Below the pieces are notes generated by a model. That model was not told where the DNA came from. It saw only the letters and a program-made list of their open reading frames with translations, and did not search any database. A stretch of DNA of 64,000 nt from an uncultured Altererythrobacter sp. (GTDB lineage Bacteria > Pseudomonadota > Alphaproteobacteria > Sphingomonadales > Sphingomonadaceae), in NCBI GenBank assembly GCA_913056125.1, contig CAJXNC010000012.1, positions 18,861-82,860 on the forward strand, given 5' to 3'. Below, in pieces: positions 36,329-46,688 of the stretch. The translations under genes and the position numbers were made by a program. The stretch's first letter is position 1, and each line of letters starts with the position of its first letter.

Positions 36329-37015
36329 ATGAGCGACAAGACAGCCTGCATTGTCGGCGCATCGCGCGGGATCGGCCTCGGTCTCGCCAAACATCTGGCC
36401 GCGCGCGGATATCGCGTCTTTGCCACCGAGCGCTCGCATAGTGAGGCGCTGGCCGAAGCGGCAGCCGAAAGCGCTGGCGCGATCGAAGTGCACACAGCCG
36501 ATGTGACGGACCCCTCCAGCATCGCCTTTCTGGGCGAAGCCATCGGCAGGGATGCGCTCGATATCCTCGTGCTCAATGCCGGGGTCTATGGCGGCAGTGC
36601 GCAAGCGCTGGAGGACCTGACCCGCGAGAACGTGGCGGACATCATGATGACCAATGCCGTCTGCCCTGCCCAGGCTGCCGTGGCGCTGATGCCCTGCATG
36701 AAAGACGGCGGTTGTATCGGCATGATGACCAGCAAGATGGGCTCGATTGAAGACTCTTCTGGCGGCACCAATCTCTACCGCCTGTCCAAGACCGGGCAGA
36801 ACGTGCTCGCCCGCTCCCTGTTCGAAAAGCATGCAAGGGCGCGCGGCATTTCGGTGCTTTCGCTCCATCCCGGCTGGGTGCAGACCGATATGGGCGGGCC
36901 CAACGCCTTGATCGATGTCGATACGAGCGTGCGCGGCATGATCGACCTGCTCGAAGCCGAGCGCGAGCCGTGCCACGTCTTCCTCGCCTATGACGGGCAG
37001 GAAGTGGGCTGGTAG
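36329..37015 (+). CDS. SDR-family oxidoreductase
   Basis: 228-aa ORF. IVGASRGIGLGLA cofactor motif and YRLSK catalytic motif. Confidence 0.88.
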   Translation: MSDKTACIVGASRGIGLGLAKHLAARGYRVFATERSHSEALAEAAAESAGAIEVHTADVTDPSSIAFLGEAIGRDALDILVLNAGVYGGSAQALEDLTRENVADIMMTNAVCPAQAAVALMPCMKDGGCIGMMTSKMGSIEDSSGGTNLYRLSKTGQNVLARSLFEKHARARGISVLSLHPGWVQTDMGGPNALIDVDTSVRGMIDLLEAEREPCHVFLAYDGQEVGW

Positions 37016-37019
37016 AGAG

Positions 37020-37442
37020 CTAGGCTTGCTCGCGGCGGCGTATAGCCCAGGGGAACAGGCCGAATGCGACCTGCCCGGCAAGCCCGATAGCCCCGGCGGG
37101 CGTGCCGATACCGGCAATCCATTCTCCCACCGAGTCTCCGAACACGATTAGCGTAAGCAACACTTCGCTGCCCATCAGCAGCGCGAAGGCAATCGCACCC
37201 ATTGCCAGGGCGTGCTTCGGTTCAGCGATGCCAAAACGCCCCAGCAGCCAGCGCGCAACCATCCAGCTGGCCCCGAGCATGATGGGAAGCTCGATCAGGG
37301 TTGCCGGGAGCATGCCCAGCGCCGGCTCGAGCACGAGCACACGGATGCTGCCGAGAAGAAAGCCCAGCGCGAAAACCAGCGCCCAATAGGCGATTGCGGC
37401 CTTGGGGACAGCCCCGGAGGCAACCTCGCCAACCGGGCGCAC
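37020..37442 (-). CDS. Small membrane protein, unknown function
   Basis: 140-aa ORF with four hydrophobic helices. I recognise no family. Confidence 0.5.
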   Translation of the reverse strand: MRPVGEVASGAVPKAAIAYWALVFALGFLLGSIRVLVLEPALGMLPATLIELPIMLGASWMVARWLLGRFGIAEPKHALAMGAIAFALLMGSEVLLTLIVFGDSVGEWIAGIGTPAGAIGLAGQVAFGLFPWAIRRREQA

Positions 37443-37446
37443 GGGA

Positions 37447-39735
37447 TCAGCCGACGACGCCAGCCGCTGCCAGCACGCTGAGCGTCAGCACGTCTGGCGC
37501 GATCGCAGTCATGGGGGCAATTTGCACCGGCTTCTCCATGCCGATCAGCATCGGGCCGATCGTGGCATTTCCGCCCAGCTCGCGCAGCAGCTTTGCCGAA
37601 AGATTGGCCGATTGCAGGCCAGGCATGACCAGCACATTGGCCGGGCCCGACAGGCGGCTGAAGGGATAAAGCTTCATCACCGTCGGATTGAGCGCGGCAT
37701 CGGGCGCCATTTCGCCTTCATATTCAAAGCCGGGATCTTCCGAGTCGAGGATGTGTACCGCGTCACGGATGTTCTCGAGCCACTTGCCCGACGGATTGCC
37801 GAAGGTCGAGTAGGACAGGAAGGCGACGCGCGGTTCGTGGCCCAGCCGCCGTGCGACCGCGGCGGTTTCCTTGGCGATATGGGCCAGCTGCTCGGCGCTC
37901 GGTCGCTCGTTGATCGTGGTATCGGCAAGGAAGGTGGTCTGCGTCTTGCCGATCATCATGTGCACGCCGAACGGGACCTGGCCCTCCTTGGGATCGAGCA
38001 CCTGGCTGACTTCGCGCATGGTTTGCGCAAAGGTACGCGTAAGGCCCGATATCATCGCATCGCCATGGTCGAGCTCGAGCAGCAGGGCAGCGAAAATGTT
38101 GCGTTCCTGGTTGACCATGCGGCGCACGTCGCGCTCGGTGAAGCCCTTGCGCTGCAATTTGTCGTAGAGATGTTCGACCATCTGCGGCACGAGGTCGCTA
38201 TCGGCCGAATTCTGGATGTCGAAGGTTTGGGGATTGTCGACGCCGAGTTCGGTCAGCTTGTCGAGCACGGCCTGCGTCCGGCCGACCAGCACGGGCTTGC
38301 CATAGCCGAAGTCGCGGAACTGGATCGCTGCCCGCAGCACGACTTCCTCTTCCGCCTCCGCAAAGATCATCCGCTTTGGATTGTTCTTCGCCTCGGCATA
38401 GACCGTGGTCAGCACCGAAGTCGTCGGGTTGAGGCGGCTCTTGAGCTGGTGGCGATAGACGTCGAAATCCTCGATCTGCACCTTCGCCACGCCGCTATCC
38501 ATCGCAGCCTTGGCAACGGCGGCGGAAACGGTTTCCATCAGGCGCGGATCGAACGGGACGGGGATGATGTAGTCGCGCCCGAACTGGTGGTTCTTGCCAT
38601 AGGCGGCGGCCACTTCCTCCGGCACGGGCATACGCGCCAGCTCGGCAATGGCGGTGGCGGCAGCGATCTTCATCTCCTCGTTGATAGCGGTCGCCTGCAC
38701 GTCGAGCGCACCGCGGAAGATGAAGGGGAAACCCAGCACGTTATTGACCTGGTTGGGATAGTCGCTGCGCCCGGTGGCGACGATCGCATCGGGGCGCACT
38801 GCCTGCGCTGCATCGGGCGTGATTTCCGGATCGGGATTGGCCATGGCGAAAATGATCGGCTGTTCGGCCATCTCGGCAACCCATTCGGGCTTGAGCGCAC
38901 CAGCGACCGACAGGCCTAGGAAGATGTCTGCCCCTTTAAGCGCCTCCTCGAGTGTACGGCATTCGGTGTCGACTGCATGCGCGCTCTTCCACTGGTCGAC
39001 GCGTTCGCGGCCATTGTAGATCACGCCCGAACGGTCACACATGATGACGTTCTCGTGCTTTACGCCCATCGCCTTGATCAGCGAGGTACAGGCAATGGCA
39101 GCAGCGCCCGCGCCGTTCACCACCACCTTGACTTCGTCCATCTTGCGACCGGTGATGTGGCAGGCATTGAGCAGGCCGGCAGCCGAGATGATCGCCGTGC
39201 CATGCTGGTCGTCATGCATGACCGGGATGTTGAGCCGCTCGCGCAAGGCCTGCTCGATGATGAAGCATTCGGGGGCCTTGATATCCTCGAGGTTGATGCC
39301 GCCGAAGCTCGGCTCCATCAACGCTACGGCCTCGATAAAGGCATTGGGGTCCTCCGTCGCCAGTTCGAGGTCGATCGAGTCCACATCGGCGAAGCGCTTG
39401 AACAGCACCGCCTTGCCTTCCATCACCGGCTTTGATGCCAGAGCGCCGAGATTGCCGAGGCCGAGGATGGCGGTTCCGTTGGAAATCACCGCCACGAGAT
39501 TGGCCTTTGCCGTGTAGTTGGCAGCGAGCGAGGGATCCTCGGCAATCGCCTTTACCGGCACCGCAACACCGGGTGAGTAGGCAAGGCTCAAGTCGCGCTG
39601 CGTCGCCATCGGCTTGGAGGCGACGATCTCGATCTTACCCGGCCGGATCGTCTCGTGGTAGAACAGCGCCTCGCGCGCGGTGAAATCATTGGTATCGTCG
39701 GCCAAGCCTGTACTCCCTCTTGCACGCCCACGCAT
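37447..39735 (-). CDS. maeB: NADP-dependent malic enzyme (malic enzyme + phosphotransacetylase-like domain)
   Basis: 762-aa ORF. ALFYHE...GKIEI...RDLSLAYSPGVA...GLGNLGA...INLEDIKAPECF plus a C-terminal PTA-like half. The exact start is uncertain. Confidence 0.93.
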   Translation of the reverse strand: MRGRARGSTGLADDTNDFTAREALFYHETIRPGKIEIVASKPMATQRDLSLAYSPGVAVPVKAIAEDPSLAANYTAKANLVAVISNGTAILGLGNLGALASKPVMEGKAVLFKRFADVDSIDLELATEDPNAFIEAVALMEPSFGGINLEDIKAPECFIIEQALRERLNIPVMHDDQHGTAIISAAGLLNACHITGRKMDEVKVVVNGAGAAAIACTSLIKAMGVKHENVIMCDRSGVIYNGRERVDQWKSAHAVDTECRTLEEALKGADIFLGLSVAGALKPEWVAEMAEQPIIFAMANPDPEITPDAAQAVRPDAIVATGRSDYPNQVNNVLGFPFIFRGALDVQATAINEEMKIAAATAIAELARMPVPEEVAAAYGKNHQFGRDYIIPVPFDPRLMETVSAAVAKAAMDSGVAKVQIEDFDVYRHQLKSRLNPTTSVLTTVYAEAKNNPKRMIFAEAEEEVVLRAAIQFRDFGYGKPVLVGRTQAVLDKLTELGVDNPQTFDIQNSADSDLVPQMVEHLYDKLQRKGFTERDVRRMVNQERNIFAALLLELDHGDAMISGLTRTFAQTMREVSQVLDPKEGQVPFGVHMMIGKTQTTFLADTTINERPSAEQLAHIAKETAAVARRLGHEPRVAFLSYSTFGNPSGKWLENIRDAVHILDSEDPGFEYEGEMAPDAALNPTVMKLYPFSRLSGPANVLVMPGLQSANLSAKLLRELGGNATIGPMLIGMEKPVQIAPMTAIAPDVLTLSVLAAAGVVG

Positions 39736-39820
39736 ATAGCCCTTGGCAATCTCGCGATAGGGGAAAGAGTAGCCGGCACCCTTCCCGAATCGGCCAAGGG
39801 GCAGTTACCTCCCGGGTCCG

Positions 39821-42445
39821 ATGGCCGGTTCCGCAACTCCCATGATGGCCCAGTATCACGACCTCAAGCGCGAGGCCGGGGACTGCCTGCTGTTCTATCG
39901 CATGGGCGACTTCTTCGAACTGTTCTTTGACGATGCCAAGACAGCCGCCGGCATACTCGACATCGCCCTGACCAGCCGCGGCGAACATGGCGGGGAGCCT
40001 GTGCCGATGTGCGGCGTCCCCGTGCATGCCGCGGAGAGCTACCTCGCGCGGTTGATCCGAGCAGGCTGCCGTGTGGCGATTGCGGAGCAGGTGGAAACGC
40101 CCGACGAGGCGAAGGAGCGTGCCAAGCGCGAAGGGTCGCCGGTTTCCAAGGCGCTGGTGAAACGCGACATCGTCCGCTTCGTCACCGCCGGAACGCTGAC
40201 CGAGGAAGCACTGCTCGAGCCCCGCCGGGCCAACATGCTCGCCGCGATCTGCGAAGTACGCGGGACAATCGGCGTGGCCAGCTGTGACATCTCGACCGGG
40301 CGGATGGAGCTGGAAGAGTGCAATGCCGGCCAGCTCGGCGCCGTTCTCGCACGCATCGGTGCGAGCGAACTGGTGGCCCCCGACGATCTCGAGGATAGCT
40401 GGCCCGACGCCATTGCCCGGCCGCGCAGCGACTTCGGAAGCGATGCCGGGGAGGCCCGCCTTAAAGCCATCCATGGCGTCGCCACGCTCGACGCGTTCGG
40501 GGACTTTACCCGTGCCATGCTGGCAGCGGCTGGCGGGCTCATTGCCTATCTCGACCATGCCGGACGCGGCACCCTGCCCTTCCTGCTACCACCTGTCGCC
40601 AGCTCGAGCGCGGACAGACTGGCCATGGACGAAGCAACCCGGGCGAGCCTCGAGATCACCTCCTCGCAAGGCGGATCGCGCGCCGGCAGCCTGCTGGCCG
40701 AGGTAGATCGCTGCGTCACCGGAGCCGGGGCGCGTCAGCTGGCGACGGACCTGTCCGCACCGCTCACGCGAAGCGAGGCGATCGAAAACCGCCTCGCCCT
40801 CGTGCAGTTCGTGCACGATGATCCGCTGCTGCGTGCCGATTTGCGCGAGGTGATGCGCGCCATTCCCGATATCGGGCGCGCGCTGGGCCGCATTGTGGCC
40901 GGACGCGGCAGCCCGCGCGACCTTGGCCAGGTGCGCGACGGCTTGAACGAAGCGCGGCGCATCCACGACTTCCTCAAGGGCCGCAAAGATCGGCCTTCCC
41001 TGCTCGATGCGCTGCTGCCGGAAATGACTGGCCATGGCGCGCTGACGGATTTGCTCATGCGCGCTTTGGTGCCCTCCCCGCCGACCGAGCGCAGCCAGGG
41101 CGGCTTCATTGCAGAAGGCTATGACGCCTCGCTTGACGAACTGCGCGCCATGTCGGGCAGCGCGCGGCGTGCCATCGCGGCGATGGAAGCACGCTATCGT
41201 GAAGAGACCGGAATCTCCTCGCTCAAGATCAAGCATAATGGCGTACTCGGCTATTTCATCGAAGTGCCGAGCAAGCATGGCGATGCTCTGATGGGGCCCG
41301 ATAGTGGCTTCATCCACCGCCAGACCATGGCCAATGCGGTGCGCTTCAACTCGCTCACCTTGCATGAAGAGGCAAATCGCATCGCCGAAGCCGGCGGCCG
41401 GGCGCTTGCTGCGGAGGAGGCGCATTTCGAGGAACTGGTCGATGCCGTTGCGAATGACAGGGAACGCATCGCCGCAACGGCAGCGGCACTGGCGCGCCTC
41501 GACGTCTCCGCCGGGCAGGCCGAGCGCGCCGCCGAGGGCGGGTGGTGCAGGCCCGACATCCTCGAAGACAAGACGCTGGATATCGTCGGGGGCCGCCACC
41601 CTGTGGTCGAAGCCGCGCTGAAGAAACAGGGCGAACGTTTCATCGCCAATGATTGTTCGCTTTCGCCGGCGGACAGGCTGTGGCTGGTCGGCGGGCCGAA
41701 TATGGGCGGCAAGTCCACCTTCCTGCGGCAAAATGCGCTGATCGTGCTGCTGGCACAGGCGGGCGGCTACGTGCCTGCGGAGAGTGCCCGGATCGGTCTG
41801 GTCGATCGCTTGTTCAGCCGCGTCGGCGCTTCGGACAATCTCGCGCGCGGGCGCTCCACCTTCATGGTCGAAATGGTCGAGACTGCGGCGATCCTCAGTC
41901 AGGCCAGTGATCGCAGCTTCGTCATCCTCGACGAGGTCGGGCGTGGCACCTCGACCTATGACGGGCTGGCACTGGCCTGGGCCGTGGCCGAGGCGATCCA
42001 TGAGCGAAACCAGAGCCGCTGCCTATTCGCCACCCACTACCACGAGCTGGCGCGGCTGGCGGAAACCTGCCCCGCCCTCTCGCTGCACCATGTCCGGGCC
42101 AAGGAATGGAAAGGCGATCTCGTCCTGCTGCACGAAGTTTCGGAAGGGGCTGCGGACCGCAGCTACGGCCTTGCCGTCGCACGGCTGGCAGGCGTTCCCG
42201 CAGAAGTCGTCAAACGCGCCAAGTCGGTGCTCGACAAGCTCGAAAAGGGCCGCGCGGAAACCGGCGGGCTCGCTGCTGGCCTTGGCGAATTACCGCTTTT
42301 CGCCGCGATGGACGAGGAAGAAGACGAAGCGCAGGACAGCCTGCGTGAACAACTCGAAACGCTCGATGTCGACGCGCTCAGCCCGCGCGAGGCGCTCGAC
42401 ATCCTCTATCGCCTCAAACGCGAAGCGGGAACGGAGGGCGGCTGA
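39821..42445 (+). CDS. mutS: DNA mismatch repair protein MutS
   Basis: 874-aa ORF. TPMMAQYHDLK...FYRMGDFFELFFDDA, GPNMGGKSTFLRQ Walker A and DEVGRGTSTYDG. Confidence 0.97.
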   Translation: MAGSATPMMAQYHDLKREAGDCLLFYRMGDFFELFFDDAKTAAGILDIALTSRGEHGGEPVPMCGVPVHAAESYLARLIRAGCRVAIAEQVETPDEAKERAKREGSPVSKALVKRDIVRFVTAGTLTEEALLEPRRANMLAAICEVRGTIGVASCDISTGRMELEECNAGQLGAVLARIGASELVAPDDLEDSWPDAIARPRSDFGSDAGEARLKAIHGVATLDAFGDFTRAMLAAAGGLIAYLDHAGRGTLPFLLPPVASSSADRLAMDEATRASLEITSSQGGSRAGSLLAEVDRCVTGAGARQLATDLSAPLTRSEAIENRLALVQFVHDDPLLRADLREVMRAIPDIGRALGRIVAGRGSPRDLGQVRDGLNEARRIHDFLKGRKDRPSLLDALLPEMTGHGALTDLLMRALVPSPPTERSQGGFIAEGYDASLDELRAMSGSARRAIAAMEARYREETGISSLKIKHNGVLGYFIEVPSKHGDALMGPDSGFIHRQTMANAVRFNSLTLHEEANRIAEAGGRALAAEEAHFEELVDAVANDRERIAATAAALARLDVSAGQAERAAEGGWCRPDILEDKTLDIVGGRHPVVEAALKKQGERFIANDCSLSPADRLWLVGGPNMGGKSTFLRQNALIVLLAQAGGYVPAESARIGLVDRLFSRVGASDNLARGRSTFMVEMVETAAILSQASDRSFVILDEVGRGTSTYDGLALAWAVAEAIHERNQSRCLFATHYHELARLAETCPALSLHHVRAKEWKGDLVLLHEVSEGAADRSYGLAVARLAGVPAEVVKRAKSVLDKLEKGRAETGGLAAGLGELPLFAAMDEEEDEAQDSLREQLETLDVDALSPREALDILYRLKREAGTEGG

Positions 42446-42462
42446 CCGCCGTTCCTCAAGGC

Positions 42463-42894
42463 ATGAGCGACAAGAGCGGCTACGACAATGGCGACACGCC
42501 CGACGAGCAGGAGGAGGATCGCGAGGAATTGGCACGCGAGCGGACCGACATGGCCGAGGATCGCACGATCATGGCGGTCGAGCGAACCTTTGCAGGCTGG
42601 ATCCGTACCGCTTTTGCCGCCATCGGTATTGGTCTCGCTTTTCGCGTGCTTTTCGGCGAACTCGATCCACCCTGGTTGGCCAAGGGGCTAGCGAGCCTTT
42701 TCATCGCCTTTGCCGTGTTCCTGTCCCTGAGCGCGTACAAGCGCGCGGTGGCATCGCTCGAACGAATGCATCCGCACGTGCTTGAACGGCCCGACATACC
42801 CAGCTTCAAATGGCTTTCCTATGGCGTGGCGCTCGGTGCCGCACTGTTAATCGCCGGCCTTTGGGTTCTCAATGACGGATCGCTGGCGAGCTGA
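42463..42894 (+). CDS. DUF202/YidH-family membrane protein
   Basis: 143-aa ORF. LARERTDMAEDRTIMAVERTFAGWIRT is the DUF202 signature. Confidence 0.8.
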   Translation: MSDKSGYDNGDTPDEQEEDREELARERTDMAEDRTIMAVERTFAGWIRTAFAAIGIGLAFRVLFGELDPPWLAKGLASLFIAFAVFLSLSAYKRAVASLERMHPHVLERPDIPSFKWLSYGVALGAALLIAGLWVLNDGSLAS

Positions 42895-42897
42895 CCC

Positions 42898-43770
42898 TCA
42901 GCGCGTCGGCACGGGTTCATCGCCGGAATAGTCGTAGAACCCCTTGCCACTCTTGCGGCCGAGCCAGCCGGCCTCGACATATTTCACCAGCAAGGGTGCG
43001 GCGCGATATTTGGAATCGCCAGTGCTGGCGAAGATCACCCGCATGATCTCGAGACAGGTATCGAGCCCGATGAAGTCCGCCAGTTCGAGCGGACCCATCG
43101 GATGGGCGAGGCCGAGGCGGCAACCCTTGTCGATATCGGCAATGCCCGCCGTCCCGCTACCCAGCACGAAGACAGCTTCATTGATCATCGGCAGAAGGAT
43201 GCGGTTGACCACGAAGCCGGGCTCATCCTCGCTAAGCACCACTTCCTTGCCGAGGCTTTCGGCAAAAGCCTTGGTGGACGCGCGTGTGGCTTCGGAGGTC
43301 GCAAGGCCGGGAATGACCTCGACCAGCTTCATCACCGGCACGGGATTGAAGAAGTGCAGGCCGACAAAGCGTGCCGGATCGGGCACGCCCGCAGCCATGC
43401 GGGTGATCGGGATCGAACTGGTATTGCTGGCGAGGATCGCCTCGGGACTCAGCACCTTGGCGGCAGCCTCGAAAATCTTCGCCTTGATGGACTCATTTTC
43501 CGTTGCGGCTTCGATGATGAAGGTTGCATCGCCCATCGGCGCATAGTCGATGCCGGGAGAAATCCGCGCCACGGCCGCATCGGCATCGGCCTGCGTCATC
43601 TTCTCCTTCTCGACCAGACGCCCAAGCCGCTTGGCGATACCGGCGACGGCCTTCTCGGCGATCGCGGGGTCGCGATCGACAAGCACTACCTCATGCCCGC
43701 TCGCAGCAACGACCTGCGCGATCCCCGCGCCCATCTGGCCTGCACCGATAATGCCGATTACCTGGCTCAT
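42898..43770 (-). CDS. 3-hydroxybutyryl-CoA dehydrogenase
   Basis: 290-aa ORF. IGIIGAGQMGAGIAQ Rossmann motif and NTSSIPITR...HFFNPVPVMKLVE. Confidence 0.92.
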   Translation of the reverse strand: MSQVIGIIGAGQMGAGIAQVVAASGHEVVLVDRDPAIAEKAVAGIAKRLGRLVEKEKMTQADADAAVARISPGIDYAPMGDATFIIEAATENESIKAKIFEAAAKVLSPEAILASNTSSIPITRMAAGVPDPARFVGLHFFNPVPVMKLVEVIPGLATSEATRASTKAFAESLGKEVVLSEDEPGFVVNRILLPMINEAVFVLGSGTAGIADIDKGCRLGLAHPMGPLELADFIGLDTCLEIMRVIFASTGDSKYRAAPLLVKYVEAGWLGRKSGKGFYDYSGDEPVPTR

Positions 43771-43823
43771 TCCTCAGCTCCTTCGCACTTGCAGCATGCC
43801 TTACAGGAGCAATGTCCGCCTTG

Positions 43824-44405
43824 CTAGCGGTTAGCGCCGGGCTTCCAGAGCACATCGCCCTTGCCGCCATCATTGGCATGGCGAGCGAGCACGAACAGAT
43901 AGTCCGACAGGCGATTGATATAGGCAAGCGCGGCGGGATTGACCGGCTCGGCGTCTGCCAGCGCGGTCATCGCGCGCTCTGCCCGTCGCGCGGCGGTGCG
44001 TGCAAGGTGCAGGCGTGCTGCCGCCTCGCTGCCGCCCGGAAGCACGAAACTTGTCAGCGGTTCGAGCTTTTCGGTGAGCGCATCGATCCTGCCCTCGATC
44101 CATTCGACCTGCACCGGAACGATCCGCAGGACCATTTCCGACGGCGTGAAATCCTCCCCCGGCGTGGCGAGGTCTGCGCCAAGGTCGAACATATCGTTCT
44201 GGATACGGTTCAGATATTCGGCTGCATCACCCGAAAGGTTGAGAACAGCCAGACCGAGCGTGGCATTGGCCTCATCCACCGCGCCAACTGCCTCGATTCG
44301 CAGCGCATGCTTGGGCAGGCGCGAGCCGTCGACCATGCCGGTCGTCCCGTCATCGCCAGTGCGCGTGTAGATGCGGTTAAGCTTGACCAGATGCGCCTCC
44401 CGCAA
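43824..44405 (-). CDS. PduO-type ATP:cob(I)alamin adenosyltransferase
   Basis: 193-aa ORF. IYTRTGDDGTTG...RIEAVGAVDEANA pattern. Confidence 0.9.
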   Translation of the reverse strand: MREAHLVKLNRIYTRTGDDGTTGMVDGSRLPKHALRIEAVGAVDEANATLGLAVLNLSGDAAEYLNRIQNDMFDLGADLATPGEDFTPSEMVLRIVPVQVEWIEGRIDALTEKLEPLTSFVLPGGSEAAARLHLARTAARRAERAMTALADAEPVNPAALAYINRLSDYLFVLARHANDGGKGDVLWKPGANR

Positions 44406-44415
44406 TCCGGCACGG

Positions 44416-44649
44416 TTACTGGTTGATGATCAGCAACAAGGCGACGATGACCACGGCCAGCGCCTGGAACTTGATGCGGTTCATCATCATCCTGTTCTGC
44501 TTGGCCTGCATTTCACCGACCCGCGCATCGTCATCGGGATTTTCGAGGTCGAGCTTGGTCGATTGCATGAAGGCAACGATTCCGCGCACCAGCATGACCA
44601 CGGTACCGATCACGGCAGCGATCAGGAGAAGGGTAAGAACGACATTCAT
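44416..44649 (-). CDS. Twin-transmembrane-helix small protein (HIG1 domain)
   Basis: 77-aa ORF with two TM helices flanking a polar loop. MQAKQNRMMMNRIKFQALAVV is typical of the alphaproteobacterial HIG1-like family. Confidence 0.75.
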   Translation of the reverse strand: MNVVLTLLLIAAVIGTVVMLVRGIVAFMQSTKLDLENPDDDARVGEMQAKQNRMMMNRIKFQALAVVIVALLLIINQ

Positions 44650-45497
44650 GGTTCACCATGTAGGACCGGCGAGAGGGTAATTCCACCCGGCATTTGTCCG
44701 GTACGCAATTGCGCCGCAAGCGCGCGCCCGTCCGTACCCGCCAACCTCCGGTCCGCGAGGGAGGGAGAACCGCGCCGCTTGGCCAGCTTGCGCCCCTCTC
44801 TATCGAGCACCAGGGCATGATGGTGCCAGGTCGGAACGGGAAGGCCGAGCAGCTCCTGCAGAAGGCGGTGGACATGCGTTGCCGCGAACAGATCCGCGCC
44901 GCGGGTCACCAGCGTCACGCCATCCGCAGCATCGTCAAGAGTTGCCGCCAGATGGTAAGAGGCCGGGGTCTCCGTATCCTTGCGCACCAGCACGACGTCG
45001 CCCGCCAGATCGGGCCGCGCCAGCTGTTCGCCCGCCAGTTCGTCCACCCAGGTGAGCGGGCCCGTGCGCGACATGGCTTCCGACACGTCGAGCCGCCAGG
45101 CTACCGCCTGATCGGGTGTAGGCGGATCGAACTTGCAAGTGCCGGGATAGACCGGCCCGTCCGGACCCATTTCGCTTGCCGCTTCTGCAATTTCCGCTCG
45201 GGTGCATTTGCAGGGATAGAGCACGCCCATCGCCGCCAGGGTCGCGGCCGCCACCTCGTATTCATCCAGCCGCGCACTCTGCGCGGGAACTTCCTCCCAG
45301 GCGAGGCCGAGCCAGGAGAGATCGTCACGGAAGGTTGCGGCCAGTTCGGGACGTGAGCGGCCGCCATCGATATCCTCGATCCTGAGCAAGAAACGTCCCC
45401 CCCGTTCCTTTGCGAGATCATGCGCGACGATCGCCGAGTACGCGTGGCCGAGATGCAACGGACCATTGGGGCTGGGTGCAAATCTGGTCACAACCAT
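44646..45497 (-). CDS. gluQ: tRNA glutamyl-Q(34) synthetase
   Basis: 283-aa ORF. RFAPSPNGPLHLGHAYSA...LLRIEDID, a short GluRS paralogue lacking the anticodon-binding domain. Confidence 0.9.
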   Translation of the reverse strand: MVVTRFAPSPNGPLHLGHAYSAIVAHDLAKERGGRFLLRIEDIDGGRSRPELAATFRDDLSWLGLAWEEVPAQSARLDEYEVAAATLAAMGVLYPCKCTRAEIAEAASEMGPDGPVYPGTCKFDPPTPDQAVAWRLDVSEAMSRTGPLTWVDELAGEQLARPDLAGDVVLVRKDTETPASYHLAATLDDAADGVTLVTRGADLFAATHVHRLLQELLGLPVPTWHHHALVLDREGRKLAKRRGSPSLADRRLAGTDGRALAAQLRTGQMPGGITLSPVLHGEP

Positions 45498-45621
45498 GAC
45501 TTAACTCGATCCCCGAATGCCTTGCGACTCGTGAAAAATCCTGTGGATTTGCATTTTGTAACAGGCTTGACGCTTTTTGGCGCAAATGCTCCACCTGTAC
45601 GTATCAGGGAGGACACAAATC

Positions 45622-46230
45622 GTGTTCAAGGCCGAACTGATCGAACGCGCCGCGCAATTCCGGAGTGCGGAGGATGATCCCTCCCGGAAGCTTGAGAGCT
45701 GCCCGGCTTTGGTCCTCAATGCGGACTACACCCCGCTATCCTATTATCCGTTGAGTCTCTGGCCCTGGCAGACGGCGATCAAGGCCGTGTTCCTTGAACG
45801 CGTGGACATTGTCGCCAGCTATGACCGGCAGGTCCACTCGCCTTCGCTCGACATGCAGATCCCGAGCGTGATCGCGCTGCGGCAATATGTGAAGCCGAGC
45901 GAGTTCCCGGCCTTCACGCGCTTCAACCTGTTCCTGCGCGATCGCTTCCAGTGCCAATATTGCGGCAGCGGGCAGCATTTGACCTTCGACCACGTGATCC
46001 CACGCCGCCTGGGCGGCAAGACCACGTGGGAAAACATCGCCACAGCCTGCGCGCCCTGCAACATGAAGAAGGGCGGACGTACGCCGAAGCAGGCCAATAT
46101 GCGCATGATTTGCGAGCCGATCCGCCCAACCAGCTGGCAGTTGCAACAGCACGGCAAGGGCTTCCCGCCGAACTACTTGCACGAAACCTGGCGCGATTGG
46201 CTCTACTGGGACATCGAACTGGAAGAATAG
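45622..46230 (+). CDS. HNH endonuclease-family protein (conserved alphaproteobacterial type)
   Basis: Frame of ORF 45577..46230, with the start moved to GTG 45622 (AGGGAGG 9 nt upstream). RDRFQCQYCG...LTFDHVIPRRLGGKTTWENIATACAPCNMKKG. Confidence 0.85.
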   Translation: MFKAELIERAAQFRSAEDDPSRKLESCPALVLNADYTPLSYYPLSLWPWQTAIKAVFLERVDIVASYDRQVHSPSLDMQIPSVIALRQYVKPSEFPAFTRFNLFLRDRFQCQYCGSGQHLTFDHVIPRRLGGKTTWENIATACAPCNMKKGGRTPKQANMRMICEPIRPTSWQLQQHGKGFPPNYLHETWRDWLYWDIELEE

Positions 46231-46249
46231 GCGCGGCTGCGCCGGGAAT

Positions 46250-46666
46250 TCAGCCTTCGATCACCCGGCTTTGCGGATGGTGCTTGTCGAGGTGGCGCTT
46301 GACGATGCGCAGGTTGCGCGTGTTCGAGCGGAAGAAGAAATCGAAGAAATCGCCGGCGACGGGCACTGCGCCGATAGCACTGTCGAACAACACGTTGCCC
46401 GCCATGCGTGCGAGCTTCCATTTCGGCAGTCCGAGATTGCGCGCTTCCCACACGATGTACATGCCCAGCCCTGCGGTAATGATGTCGCCCAATACCGGTA
46501 CCAGACCGGCAACGGCATCGAGGCCGACAGGTCGGTTGATCCCGGGGACGACCAGGCTGCGCTCCAGCAGCTGTTCCATCGCTTCGATCCGACGACGCAC
46601 CGAAGCCGGGTCCTGACCCAGCGGCACGTCGATCTTCATCGGTCGCGGACTAGTGGTCTCAGCCAT
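46250..46666 (-). CDS. DUF4112 domain membrane protein
   Basis: Frame of ORF 46250..46759, with the start moved to ATG 46666 (AAGGAGG upstream; this avoids overlap with the upstream gene). GLDAVAGLVPVLGDIITAGLG...FDSAIGAVPVAGDFFDFFFRSN. Confidence 0.8.
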   Translation of the reverse strand: MAETTSPRPMKIDVPLGQDPASVRRRIEAMEQLLERSLVVPGINRPVGLDAVAGLVPVLGDIITAGLGMYIVWEARNLGLPKWKLARMAGNVLFDSAIGAVPVAGDFFDFFFRSNTRNLRIVKRHLDKHHPQSRVIEG

Positions 46667-46688
46667 ACGGAAAGCCTCCTTAGGTGAC